Part shown: positions 15,409-28,805 of the stretch, piece by piece | Position numbering within the stretch: position 1 is the stretch's first letter | Layout: each line of letters opens with the position of its first letter | Assembly (NCBI GenBank): GCA_964016885.1 | Contig: OZ024740.1 | Span: 62,930,001-62,994,000 of the forward strand | Direction of reading: 5' to 3' | Length of the DNA: 64,000 bases | Source of the DNA: Eledone cirrhosa | Lineage: Eukaryota | The notes under the pieces: model-generated | Seen by the model: the letters and a program-made list of their open reading frames with translations, nothing else | Told to the model about the DNA's origin: nothing | Databases searched by the model: none | Translations under genes and position numbers: made by a program

Positions 15409-15841
15409 ATGTTCGTTAAGCAAGCAGAGAACCAGTACTGGTAAAGCACCGCTTTACCACTTTCATTTTTGCCGCTAACGATGTACCTTAAGTAAATATT
15501 GTGTACAAGAAGGACTCATCCACAGCAGGGTTATCCTAAGGGTTATATCATATAAATAATTCCATATCTGAAAATTCCCCTGGGGAAAAGTATTCAACCT
15601 GATTCTCAGTCGTACCACATTTTGTTTACGAGTTTAACAAAACAGGCACTTGAAATCATATTCTGTTGTTTTCATGAAGCTACAGTGTAAATTCAGCCTG
15701 CCGGCACTTCCCAATGTATTACCGTATACCAATTTTTAATTAGTCTATTTCTTATTCTCATTATCTATTCTTATGATAACACTAACACAGATGTCACGAT
15801 TCATTTAACATATTTTTTCTGAAGAGAACTTTTAAAGAAAA

Positions 15842-17019
15842 CTAGCAGTAAAGCCCGGCGTTGCTCGGGGTCGCTCAGTAGCTGTGTTAAAGTTACAATG
15901 TTAAGTTTCTTTTTTGGCTTAAAAACTGTAGTGTCTACTGTGCAGACTTGCATGTGGTGTTTTTGATTAATATTCCCTCAACCAACAATATGCCTTATGA
16001 AGTTAAGAAAACATAACGATAACCCGAATGTTATAACAAAAGAGGATGCTGGGGATAAAAACTGCACTGGTTATTTATTAACAAAGATCGAAAATGTAAA
16101 CACTGAAACGCAGAGAAAAACATTAGCGTAACCAAATTATCAGTTATGTCTGTCTGCACGCCTATATCACCTCTCTGCACGACTGTCTGTCTGCACGCCT
16201 ATATCAACTCTCTGCACGACTGTCTGTCTGCACGCCTATATCACCTCTCTGCACGACTGTCTGTCTGCACGCCTATATCACCTCTCTGCACGACTGTCTG
16301 TCTGCACGCCTATATCACCTCTCTGCACGACTGTCTGTCTGCACGACTGTCTGTCTGCACGCCTAACGAAATTTACAGATACATATATTTTAAATAAACT
16401 TATATAATTTTTGCTTTTTTTTACGAAATATTTGCTTGTTTTACGTAGTCTTTAAATAGACTTGTTTTCAAGTAAAAATATTGTTTTAAAAGGCTTTTAA
16501 ATGGAAATGAAGCAAAACGGAAGTTTAGTGTTCAAACTGATGAATTTTGCAGGTCAAAATTTTGCTGGCTCGACAACTGTTCGTGTATTGTGTTAATGTC
16601 ATTTTAAACGCTGAGAAAGCCAGCGTAATTTTTTTAATTTTTGCCAGCGTAATTTTTTTAATTTTTGCACGCAGTAAATGTAAACAGAACGTAAGACGCT
16701 ACGCTGAATGTAAACAGAACAAAGGGAAATCATTTTTTTAATTTTTGCACGCAGAAAATGTAAAGAGAACGTAAGACGCTACGCTGAATGTAAACAGAAC
16801 AAAGGGAAATAACTCATCACTTACGCTCAAAAATCGATACATTATATTCGATTTCGTCAGATAGGGCGGGTCAATTTGAAATATTTTTTTTCCGATGTCT
16901 TCGCTAGGGCTCAATGTACAAGTATAGCAATTTCGGTGCAATTCCGTGAGAGATTCTAAGAGGAGATGTGTGCCAAAAATCGATAGACAGACAGACAACC
17001 TCAGTTTTATATATATAGA
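15842..17019 (-). mobile_element. Non-autonomous Helitron
   Basis: Minus strand starts TC(TATATATATAAAA) and ends CTAG; subterminal hairpin cccgagcaacgccggg (15854-15869); inserted between A and T with no TSD. Confidence 0.85.
16147..16364. repeat. 37-bp minisatellite inside the Helitron
   Basis: tgtctgtctgcacgcctatatcacctctctgcacgac x5 plus partial copies. Confidence 0.95.
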
Positions 17020-17148
17020 TTATAGTACGCATATAATTGTGTCCAAGTTATCATTCAAATCATACAAAATCTATACACATATACTTATTGTGCATATATA
17101 CGACAATATATATGCACACCCACACCCACACACATACACACACATATA

Positions 17149-17193
<45 letters not shown>

Positions 17194-17312
17194 GTGTGTA
17201 TATGTATATGTATATATGTGTGTGCGCGCTGATGACATTCCGAATATCTTATTGCAAACCATTAACAACAACATATAAAAAATTCATTGTCTTCTGGTGT
17301 TTCCATGTAGTG

Positions 17313-17870
17313 TTACAGTACATATTTCAAATGATCTCCATTTCGATCCAGGCATATTTTGAGGCGCATGATGAAGTTTAGTATAACGTCTTTACAAGCA
17401 GACCCAGGGATGGCTCTGATCACATCTCTGATGTTTTTCTTTAGTTGAGTGATGGTCATCGGTTTGTTGACATGTACTCTATCCTTTTGATAGCCCCAAA
17501 GAAAGAAAACATGGGCTGTGTGGGGACTACTCCAAATCAGTCTTCGAACTGATTACACGATTTTCAAATTATTTTTCAGTCTGTATTCTGTAGGGGTAGA
17601 TCTTAAAATCCTCTTTGACAACACTTCTGCAAGTTTCTGTGGAGAGACTGAAGGGTTGGCTTCTCCTGTGCAGCGATTGGTTTGGGGGTCTGTTCAAAAG
17701 ACTATCGGAACATGTCAATAACTTCATCTGTACACTTCATGGATCGTCCATATTAGGCAGTGAAGTCCACAGACATTTCATTGAGGGTCTCCACTGCACA
17801 AACTTCTTCACCTAGTTTTGTATATTGGTCTTTCAAATTGCTCTTTGAACTACTTCTACGAGTCAGACTT
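17313..17870 (-). pseudogene. Tc1/mariner transposase remnant (internally deleted)
   Basis: SP...FFLWGYQKDRVHVNKPMTITQLKKNIRDVIRAIP..ACKDVILNF..RL..CLDRNGDHL; stops and frameshifts upstream. Confidence 0.8.
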
Positions 17871-17995
17871 ATATTAGTATTTCACACAGAAAACCCGGTG
17901 TTGGAGCATACTTATGTATGTATGTATGTATGTATGTATGTATGTATGTATGTATGTATGTATGTATGTATGTATGTATGTATGTATGTATGTTA

Positions 17996-18606
17996 TGTCA
18001 GGTCACCAGTTGGTGCTACTGGTAACATGTATCCCAGTACAACCTGTCCCATGGTCGGGTCGTTGGCGACTAAACTGGCAACCCCACCAAGGTTTCTTGG
18101 TGAGGAGGGTGACTTTGGACATCCTGCAGGACTAAAAACAAAACCTGTCAAAGGGCAAAGGAGCTCTTAAGAGTCAATGGCCATCCAAAATCACCGGGAG
18201 AGATGACCCCTTAGCCTTTGTCAAGGCAGAATTCTAGGAGAAGGAAAACTCTGATATAACACCTGCAACCCTGATGGTATCCAATGATGTTGACTTGTTC
18301 TTCTTTTTGGTAAATATCATCTTGGTTAAGAGAGTGGGACTGGCTTTGTGCAGTGCCTTTGCTCACTATAAAAGCTTCACGGCACAGGCATTGCTTTATA
18401 TCTGGAGATCTCTCTGCACTTGTCGTCACATGGTACCATGGGCCCAGCACTATGTGTCAGTAATTGTCACAAGTGTAGTGTTTGTACCAGAGTTTTCAAG
18501 TCGCTGGCTGGACTAAAAAGTCACACTCGTTCAGCGCATCGGTAGGGGTTCTCCTACATGGATATAAAGTAGTGGCCGTACTCGAAAACGAGTTGGCAGC
18601 CACCAT
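17996..18606 (+). mobile_element. RTE-derived non-autonomous retroposon
   Basis: 3' end encodes [22 protein letters not shown] (RTE-type terminal C2H2 finger), then a short UTR and a (TATG)n tail; no RT. Confidence 0.65.
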
Positions 18607-19647
18607 ATGTATGTATGTATATATATGTATGTATGTATATATATGTATATGTATCTATGTATATGTATGTATTTATGTGTATGTATGTATGTATATATAT
18701 GTATGTATGTATGTGTGTATATGTATGTATGTATATATATATATATGTATGTATGTGTATATATGTATGTATGTGTATATATGTATGTATGTGTGTATAT
18801 GTATGTATATATATATATGTGTATGTATATGTATGTATGTATGTGTATGTATGTGTATGTATGTATGTATATGTATGTATATGTATGTATGTATGTATGT
18901 GTATGTATGTGTATGTATGTATGTATATGTATGTATATGTATATATGTGTATGTATGTGTATGTGTATGTATATGTATATATGTATGTATATGTATGTGT
19001 ATGTATATGTATATATGTATGTATATGTATATGTATGTATATGTATGTATGTATGTATATGTATGTGTATGTATATGTGTATGTATATGTATGTATGTAT
19101 GTATGTATATGTGTATGTGTGTGTATGTATGTATATGTATGTATGTATATGTATGTATGTATATGTATGTATGTATATGTATATATGTGTGTGTATGTAT
19201 GTATATGTATGTATGTATGTATGTGTGTATATGTATGTATATATATGTATGTATGTATATATGTATGTATGTGTATATGTATGTATGTATATGTATGTAT
19301 GTATATATGTATGTATATATATATGTGTGTATATGTATGTGTATGTATATGTATATGTATGTATGTGTATATGTATGTATGTGTATATGTATGTATATGT
19401 ATATGTATGTATGTGTATGTATGTATATGTGTATATGTATGTATATGTATGTATGTATATGTATGTATGTATGTATGTATATGTGTATGTATGTATGTGT
19501 GTATGTATGTATGTATATATGTATGTATGTGTATATGTATGTATGTATGTATATGTATGTATGTGTATGTATATGTATGTATGTATATGTATGTGTACAT
19601 GTATGTATATGTGTATATATACATGTATGTGTATATACATGTATATA
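18607..19647. repeat. Degenerate (TATG)n/(TATATG)n array
   Basis: Directly visible. Confidence 0.95.
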
Positions 19648-20070
19648 CCGGGAGAGATGACCCCTTAGCCTTTGTCAAGGCAGAATTCTAGGAGAAGGAA
19701 AACTCTGATATAACACCTGCAACCCTGATGGTATCCAATGATGTTGACCTGTTCTTCTTTTTGGTAAATATCATCTTGGTTAAGAGAGTGGGACTGGCTT
19801 TGTGCAGTGCCTTTGCTCACTATAAAAGCTTCACAGCACAGGCATTGCTTTATATCTGGAGATCTCTCTGCACTTGTCATCACATGGTACCATGGGCCCT
19901 GCACTATGTGTCAATAATGGTCACAAGTGTAGTCTTTGTACCAGAGTTTTCAAGTCGCTGGCTGGACTAAAGTCACATTCGTTCAGCGCATCGGTAGGGG
20001 TTCTCCTACATGGATATAAAGTAGTGGCCGTACTCGAAAACGAGTTGGCAGCCACCATGTATGTATGTAT
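19647..20070 (+). mobile_element. Second, 5'-truncated copy of the RTE-derived retroposon
   Basis: Near-identical to 18194-18606. Confidence 0.7.
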
Positions 20071-20072
20071 CA

Positions 20073-20140
<68 letters not shown>

Positions 20141-20190
20141 CAATGAATAAATATATCATTTGTTTTACGCTTGATATAGTCGGGAAAGAG

Positions 20191-20226
20191 TCTTAACGTT
20201 TCGGACACTAGTCTTTCCTCAAAAGA
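20191..20226 (-). ncRNA. Minimal hammerhead motif, degenerate copy of 7640-7675
   Basis: Reverse complement: tctt-TTGAGGA-aagactagtgtcc-GAAAC-GTT-aaga. Confidence 0.55.
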
Positions 20227-21126
20227 AAGAATGAGAAATTAAAGAAAAGTAGAAAGATTGAGGAGACGGGCAAGGCATAGAGATGTCTGTGTGTTTTTTG
20301 TTGGTCTGTTATAAGCTGTAACAGTGTATGTTACGGACCATAACAGAGCCAGACCGATGAAGAGCAGATTTTCCACGGCGGAGTTTGAACACAAGACAGG
20401 GAAAATGTGCCGAAAATAAGATCGAATAGGCACAAGGGAATGTTTGTGAGAGTATGAAACATGGAACATAGAGATGCGTTTATAAAACAATGAATTATTT
20501 CTAATATAAGCTTAGAAATATATTTAGAGGTGCGGGCTTTTTGCCGATTATATCAGAACTAGTCTTTAACTGGAAGTATTTTGTTGACCTCCACAAGACA
20601 TTTTATTCACACTCCCGCACTAGTATAAAAAACAATATGAAATGAAAATGTTTTCAAGGGTCGATAAAATAAAGTACCAGTAATGTACTGGGTAATTGCT
20701 GGTCTTGTGCCTAAAGTAGAAACAATTATTAGCAGATATATCAATTGTCTTCAAACAAGATTGGAAAGAGGCTAGTATACATGATTCACGAGAAATTTGT
20801 GTAACGTTTTATTAAAATATGTCACTGATGCGTTAAGTTAATGTGTTACAAATCTTACTTAAATATCATGTGAAAACTCCACACAAGCTATCTCAGACGA
20901 TTCTTCACAAAATACACTCACTCATACGCATACACAGAATGTCGGATAGAATGTGTCGTTATTCTGTGGTCTGGGGGAAATAGCACCGAAGGAAAAGGTC
21001 TAACATTCATACATACCATACACGCACACACACACACACACACGCACACACGCACACGCACACGCACACACACTCACACACACACACACACACACAAATA
21101 CATATATATATATATATATATATATT

Positions 21127-21635
21127 TAGAGAAAAGGTGAATTTGGAAATAACACGGAAAATATATTTAAGGGTCTGTTTTTCTTTTTTATTTTCTTTGA
21201 TTCGTCAAGGTGACATTATTGAAAAAATGAGAGGGACAATTCTTTTAAAAAAGAGTTTTATAATGTATATAAAGAATTGTCCCTCTCATTTTTTCGATAA
21301 TGTCACTTTGCCGAATCAAAGAAAGGAAAAAAAAAAGAAAAACTCCTTTAAATATATTTTCTGTGCTATTTCTAATTTCACCTTTGCTCTAAGGTTCTTA
21401 TATATTTGATATATTTATCCTTATCGACCCTCTTTGGATTTTAGTCTTCAAATTTATTATTATTACTATTTGGCTCCCTCGGTTGAGCACTCTATAGACT
21501 TATATTCATCATGCAGAAACAACATCTGAATATTTCTACAAAGAATAAATTTTTGCTCTACGGTTCTTATATATTTGATATATATTTATCCTTATCGAGC
21601 CCTCTTTGGATTTTAGTCTTCAAATTTATTATTAT

Positions 21636-21640
<5 letters not shown>
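21127..21640. mobile_element. TA-embedded element with inverted arms plus a direct repeat (PLE-terminus-like)
   Basis: 21127-21247 inverted versus ~21269-21391; 21383-21469 repeated at 21552-21640; (TA)n on both sides. Confidence 0.55.
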
Positions 21641-21673
<33 letters not shown>

Positions 21674-21846
21674 CGTAGTACGCTCAGGTGCAGAAAAGTA
21701 ACTGGGAATATAATCAGTTGCTATAAACAGCTTAGAAAATCGGGTAAAGACATTTATAGACATAAAAAACTTAGTTATTTTTCTACGCCTGGGCATATTG
21801 CATTTTCTATAAACTTCGTTAGTTTGAAAGTTTGACCTTTTCCTTC

Positions 21847-21917
<71 letters not shown>

Positions 21918-21922
<5 letters not shown>

Positions 21923-22386
21923 TTACACTTTGGGAGGGTCATATTGTTGTAATATTATTGCCAGAAATAATAACAGAACACACTCACTGTTTCGTTGGTT
22001 TTCTTTTTCGCTTCTGCATCTTTTATATCTCCATAGTTAATTCATTTGGCCATCAATGTTTTCACTGACTGACCAACGGTAATAAATACAGATATAAATA
22101 TATATATATATATAGTCTAACAGCAACATCATCAGTGGTACTATTATCAAGTTTCCCCTACTGTATTGTATTGTATTGTAATCTCTACGCCATTTTTATT
22201 TTATCTATTTATTTATTTATTTATTTATTTTTGTCTCCGTCTCTGCGCATGCGTTTGCGTGTGTGTATAGTGTTTGGTGTGCGTGTTTGCATTTGGGTGT
22301 ATGTACTTTCGTTGTTGTATTCTATCTTTGTTTATTAGTGTGTGTTTATATGTATTTGTTGTTATTGTGCTTGTGTATATATTTAC

Positions 22387-22390
<4 letters not shown>
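21918..22390 (-). mobile_element. PLE-terminus family C (hammerhead largely deleted in this copy)
   Basis: Homologous to 47590-48165, 53841-54368, 40425-40760 and 55150-55520. Confidence 0.6.
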
Positions 22391-22444
<54 letters not shown>

Positions 22445-23194
22445 ACTGGTGCTATTTCACACAGGACACAGAATAATAAAATCTAACGAAAGAGACATTC
22501 TAGACGACATTCTTATGTCAATTCGCCGCATGATACCATGTAGTCTGAAGTTTTCCCCTATAGTATTATGTCTGAGATTTTTCCCTGATGTTTCTTAGTC
22601 GATGAGAAATCATTGAAATGAAATGAAATGTACAGCTGACACCTATGTAGGAGTTAGCCTCTGACAAGATTGTACCACAGATGAGGTTTGTTGGCTGTTT
22701 CGTGGCAGTGTCTCCACTTATATCATGAAAGAATAATGTGAAATTAAGCGTATATCTGAAGAACATAACGCGCTTCTCGGTTCTCAAATCAAACCCACGA
22801 CCTAGTGACGGTAAGTCTAATATGTTAGCGATTAGGCCAAGTATTTTCACTTATTAATTACCATACATGTTGATCAGTCAAAAATACAAAAACGTTTCTA
22901 AGTCGATGAATAATAATTATTTTCCAATAATTTGTTTCCGCCCTGTATTTTAATTGGTTCACTTTACGATCGCATGGCATAATAATTGTATTGTTAATAA
23001 CTCGATTCTTCAGCTAAACACAAGAAGCTTTAATTGTATGTTTTTGACAGCCTTGTCTATTCATTCGATGTTAAATAGTTTAAATCTAGAAAGGTTTACC
23101 GTCCAATAATTTACGTGTCGTATAATAATTTACAAAGCATTGGCGACCTTCCAATCATTGATAAATGTGAATATATTATTATCTATCGATCAAT

Positions 23195-23308
<114 letters not shown>

Positions 23309-23544
23309 ATTAAGGCGTGCGCTAAGCAACCGAGTATATGATGAAGTTATGTATGTATATATATGTATTAGTTAATGAGAAACACTCAAAATAATAGCAA
23401 GATGTAATAAAATGAGGAGCTAAATCTGCCTCAGATCACAACGTACTTCTTCATGTATGTATGTATCCCTTGAAAAGTGGGATTAGAGTAGAATCGATAG
23501 GGTTTAGAATAAAAAAGAGCACTAGAAAGAAATAGAGTAGAGGG

Positions 23545-24860
23545 AGAGCTAGTATGGTAGCTAGGTGAGGTATTTAAAAAAGATGTCGCAACCTAGGTGC
23601 GCGTAGCGAGATTGGCACTTGACCAATTCTTCAATGCGAAACATGAAGTCTGTGTTGCCAGAGCTAATGCACGTGCTCTTAGATATGAAGAGACGAAAGC
23701 CGTTCAATGGGTTTGAGTGGCAGAGTCCCGACGTGGAAACAAAGCCACAACCCAGTCGCTGGCGGACCACAATGGGCGCATGTTACTAGATTCCAAACAG
23801 ATGTGTGCGGCAATTCAGCAACACATAGCTCAAATGTTCGGAATCAGTGGTAGGCCGGATCGCAAGATGGATTCAATTCCTATCTCGAAGGACTCCCCAG
23901 ACTTGTTCGGTATCCTCTTAGCAGACGTCTACTGTAACTAGCAACAGAACGGGAGAATTCCCATTTCTGTGAGCCAAGGAGCGGAGGCGCTGCTGAGAAA
24001 ACTCCAAAACAAGGGTGCTTATATCGAAAATGTTTCGCCCATAACTTTGTTAAATGCAGTGTTCAAAATTTTGGCCAAGGGGTTAGCAATGTGGTTGACA
24101 CTTGGGGGTCTAGTAAGTGAGGTACAGACATGCACCATTCCAAAAAGAACCATCATCAACAGCCTCCATCGTATGCGATTCAAAATAGAGAGGGTGGCTA
24201 AGGATCCTGGCACGGGTGGAGCACTGATCAATTTAGATCAATCGAAAGCATCCGATAAGTTCGACAATCAGTACCTAGCAGCGGTCCTCAAAGCAGCTGA
24301 ATTTGGAACCGTTTTCCGATAATGGATCGCTGCAATTTATAGCGACATCTATTCAGTGGTCAAAGTGAATGGTCACCCGATGGAAAGGTTTAATATCTTG
24401 CGCACGGCCCACTAAGATTGTACAATCTCTCAAACCACTACTGCACAAACTGGAGACATTGAGGAGCATCCCACGCAAACTAGAATGTGGTATATCCTTG
24501 TCAGTATATGCTGACTTCATCAGCGTAGTGTTGTCGAGCTCAAAACAATCGAGGTGATCGACACTACTCTATGGAAATACGAAGCAGTGACAGGAGCGAA
24601 AATTAACCAGGAAAAGCCGGTGATTCTGTAGCTCAGCACCTGGAGAAGCATGTCCACGCCGTCCAACCAAATCGCAGAGTGCTGGACAGATGGAACGGTT
24701 AAAATTGCTCGAGGTCACCAGACGGAGAAATCTTGGGGTGAGGTAACGAAATGGGCCGAAATGGGTCGAGAGGACACTATCCATGAAAGATCGGGCAGAG
24801 GTAGCTAACATGTACATTATGTCCGTCATCTACTACCACCTGATTCTCATGCCTTGCCCT
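23545..24860 (+). pseudogene. L1/Tx1-clade LINE RT remnant
   Basis: PITLLNAVFKILAK...Q.C.IP.RTI..SLH...LINLDQSKASD...SVYAD...KINQEK with stops and frameshifts. Confidence 0.8.
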
Positions 24861-25532
24861 GCTATTGAGTACCTTACTTACTGTGGTTACCCCCGATTGA
24901 ACCCGTGATAAACTTATCTAAAGAAACATATCCATATATATATATATATATATATAGTTGTTATATAGTAAGGTGTATTATTGGTTGTGTCAAGCGGTCC
25001 AATAAACTTTTGTTAGCAATATTAAGTTCTCCGCGCTTTTGTATATCTCCAATTCCATTTATGGGAACAGCTAGATGATGTAAAACCGAGTATTTGTATC
25101 CAAATAAAGATCCGAAGGCATGGTATAAATTTACAATCATTTTAATCACGACAGATGTTTCAATAAGAGATAGATCGATCGTGTGGCCATGATCGATTAT
25201 CACTGATCTCGTCAGGTGAAATTGAATTGTCTTCAAATCCTTGATATGAGGGAGAAAATTTAACGATGTTCACTCACTAGAGTTTTGTCCCCCATATGAA
25301 GATTAAGCAGCCAAAAACACGCCGACTGCTATCGTCCTCAGTTGGGCTCATAAAACTATCAAGTCTCTATCTCCCAATAGCTGTAAAAGACGCTGGACGG
25401 GTCTAATCTCAACATCAAATCTTTAGAATTGCAGTCGGTCACAGTTAGTGTGAGTGAGTACACACATACTCACACACACCGACGCGAGGTCGAAGAAAAA
25501 ATATACATTACCAACATAGTATTCACCGAAAG

Positions 25533-25577
<45 letters not shown>

Positions 25578-25578
<1 letters not shown>

Positions 25579-25923
25579 CAAAGGAAATGTGGTAAGGAGC
25601 CAGATGGACCATAACGCACCAGAGTACTCAATACTTAGAGTAGTAGAGTGGGAAATAGGAAAAAGTATGAGCCCCGACGGCAGAGCTCAAGTCGTTTCGG
25701 CGGCTATTTCTGGACGCTGTATATACATGTTTATCTCCTCGAGCTAATATGTATTAGGTATCTCTCACTGTCTCGTACATTAGACAGTATGGTGTGATCT
25801 GAGCTGAGAGAGACATGGCTGCTATCATGTAGAGATTTCTCTGTTGCCTTCTGCATAAAACTAGTCCAGAAATAGCCGTCGAAACGGCTTGAGCTCTGCC
25901 GTCGGGGTCATACTTTTTCCTAT
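25578..25923 (-). mobile_element. PLE-terminus family D with inverted arm
   Basis: Arms 25655-25715 / 25864-25923 carry the hammerhead 3' half GAAAC-GGC..GCC-GTC; same family as 32124-32316. Confidence 0.6.
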
Positions 25924-25944
25924 ATATATATATATATACGAATG

Positions 25945-25990
<46 letters not shown>

Positions 25991-26301
25991 GAAACCACCC
26001 GTGACCCGTTGAGTGACGGGTGGTCTAGTTGTTACCTAAGTGGGTCTCTTCCTGTCTGTCTTTAACTTGACTACACTAATGCTTTTCGGAAATGAAACAC
26101 AACGGTAAGCACGCTGGCGATCTGATTGGTTATCATGGAGCTATTGGTTATTTATGAAGGTACCCGTACTCTAATTTATGCGAAACCTATTTTATTCCAT
26201 TTGTATTCCCATTTTAGGGGCAACTTACTTTCAAAGTATTTAAATATATATGCCGTTTTGGCTGTATTAAATTACAGACAAGCACACAACCGCAGAGTTT
26301 C

Positions 26302-26478
<177 letters not shown>

Positions 26479-26910
26479 TCTATGTAGGTCTATGTATTGT
26501 ATGTACTGAGTACCTTACTTACTGTGGTTACCTCCGATTCAACCAGGAATAACTTATATATATATATTTACTGATTCGGGCTAGATCGATGCAGATCGGA
26601 CCTTGAGCTGATCAATAGCGAAAAGCGCGTCACTACTCATTAAATGTAATGATGACATAATAGATAAATATATTAAAAATAAACATCAACAACGCCACAC
26701 TACCACCACAACCACCCTCTACACCACCACTACCAGACTACTACCAAAACCACCACACTACCATCACCTTCCACTACCACATACTTTAGTTTTATGCACA
26801 AGGCAGCAGGGAAATCTCTACATGATAGCAGCCATGTCTCTCTCAGCTCAGATCACACCATACTGTCTAATGTACGAGAGAGTGAGAGATACCTAATACA
26901 TATTTTAAAG

Positions 26911-26995
26911 GGTCCGTCGAGCTGCCGATTATTGAGTCGGGTAAGATCGATACAGATCGAACCTTGAGCTGATCAGTGGCGAAACGCGCGTCACC
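26911..26995 (+). ncRNA. Type I hammerhead motif, long stem II, variant core
   Basis: ggt-CCGTCGA-gctgccgat...atcagtggc-GAAAC-gcgc-GTC-acc followed by AATAAA; partial copy at ~26570-26640. Confidence 0.55.
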
Positions 26996-27143
26996 TACCA
27001 ATAAATGTAATGAAAGCGTAACCAATCGTCCTTGTTATCCTTTCAATATATTACACTCTGTATAGCTCTACACCTCAGCACAGAAGTGAACCTAAACATC
27101 GAGTGCTCACCCGGGTGAACCTGCAGTAACTCCAAGTTACACT

Positions 27144-27193
<50 letters not shown>

Positions 27194-27607
27194 GACGTAA
27201 ATAAAAAAGTTATGAAAATTGACTTACTTACTAAAATTTCACTCCAACTAATTAGTTTCTGTAAGGGGATAAATATGGTTACGGAGCGTATCTATCTGTA
27301 TACATATGTTGGTAGATATACTAATTCTTGATAATTATCTCCAAATTATTTGTTGAGCAAAACTTGCCGAAATTACTACTGTGATTAATAGTAGTGGCTA
27401 GGCTCTGTCTTAATAGCACCCCCACTCCTAGCTGATTAACCTCAGTGTCACGTGATTGATTCTTTAGAATTTGCCACTTGACCAAGTAGGCAGTGAATTT
27501 TTCAATGTCTTGGAATCTAGCCCCCGCTCGCTTTTTTCCATCCACTGAATTATTTTTATATAAGTTCCCAGTGTCTCCGCATTGCCTGGAAGCTTAGCTG
27601 AGAATAG

Positions 27608-27688
27608 ACTCCCTGATGACGTAAGGCTTCTCTATGGATACCGTCCGTAACCATATTTATCCCCTTACAGAAACTAATTAGTTGAAGT
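27608..27688 (+). ncRNA. Type I hammerhead motif, long stem II
   Basis: actcc-CTGATGA-c-gtaagg...ccttac-a-GAAAC-taatta-GTT-gaagt (ggagt in the inverted copy at ~27240). Confidence 0.7.
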
Positions 27689-27852
27689 GAAATTTTAGTA
27701 AGTAAGTCAATTTTCATAACTTTCTTATTTACGTCTTTCATATAATTGTTCTGCATCCCCTTGCATAGAACCACAAAGTAACTAAGACGAAACATATATA
27801 TTTGCTAGCATGGGTATGCATCTGTATACATATGTTGGTAGATATACTAATT

Positions 27853-27920
<68 letters not shown>

Positions 27921-28067
27921 TATTTTCCGTTGTGTTGTAATATAAATATTACACACAGTAGATTATCAGCTCACGTAGAGTTTGCTCGACGGTTCCAGTT
28001 GTAGTTCCAAAAGTAATCCGGAGAAAAATAGAAAGATTTGAATGGATACAGTTTAGTTGAAAGGAAT

Positions 28068-28184
28068 TTATTGACACGTGTTTCTATAACAGTTACATAA
28101 CCTAAAACAGCTATCTACAAACTTTTAGTTATGCAGACATTCAATCTTTCAATGTTATTATTTACTGTCATTTCATCAGAATAA
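28068..28184 (-). ncRNA. Type I hammerhead motif, very long stem II
   Basis: Reverse complement of 30864-30980. Confidence 0.7.
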
Positions 28185-28748
28185 TATTACTGAGGACCTA
28201 TTTAGTTTTTATAGAGAATATTAGGAGGGAGGGGTGAAGTTGTTGGAAGAATAGTTGAAGGAGTGGTTTTTCGATAGCAGTGAGAATTCTTGGTGGCAGT
28301 GAGTAATTAGATTCCCATCTGTTGTTTTGACATTTTTTATAGAATATATTATTGGTTATTTTTCTAAATCTATAGAAGGATTAGAGATAGTAAAGATATG
28401 CGTGGCTGGTTTTGTGTTTGCACTTAATTAACATTCAGACTTAAATTTTTCTTTCAAGTGTACGTATCCTTTCACCCACGCATTCACACACAAATATATT
28501 TGCACACCTCTACAAAATACATATACTCACAATTCACATATTCATACTTACATATATATACACATGCATACACATATATATACACACATGTATTCATGTA
28601 CATACATACGCGCTCATGTGTATACATTTTCATACTCAACTTATCTTTATATACACACGTATAGACACACTCATATATACATACATACTCTAGTCCATGT
28701 GTACACACATACACATACTTACACATCCATATACACATATATACATAC

Positions 28749-28805
<57 letters not shown>

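Noticed and set aside
15172-15449. PolyQ/polyN/polyL/polyV ORFs
   Set aside because: Triplet-repeat translations with no flanking coding sequence
16147-16364. CRISPR-like 37-bp periodicity
   Set aside because: Units are contiguous and identical with no unique spacers, there are no cas genes, and the context is a eukaryotic Helitron
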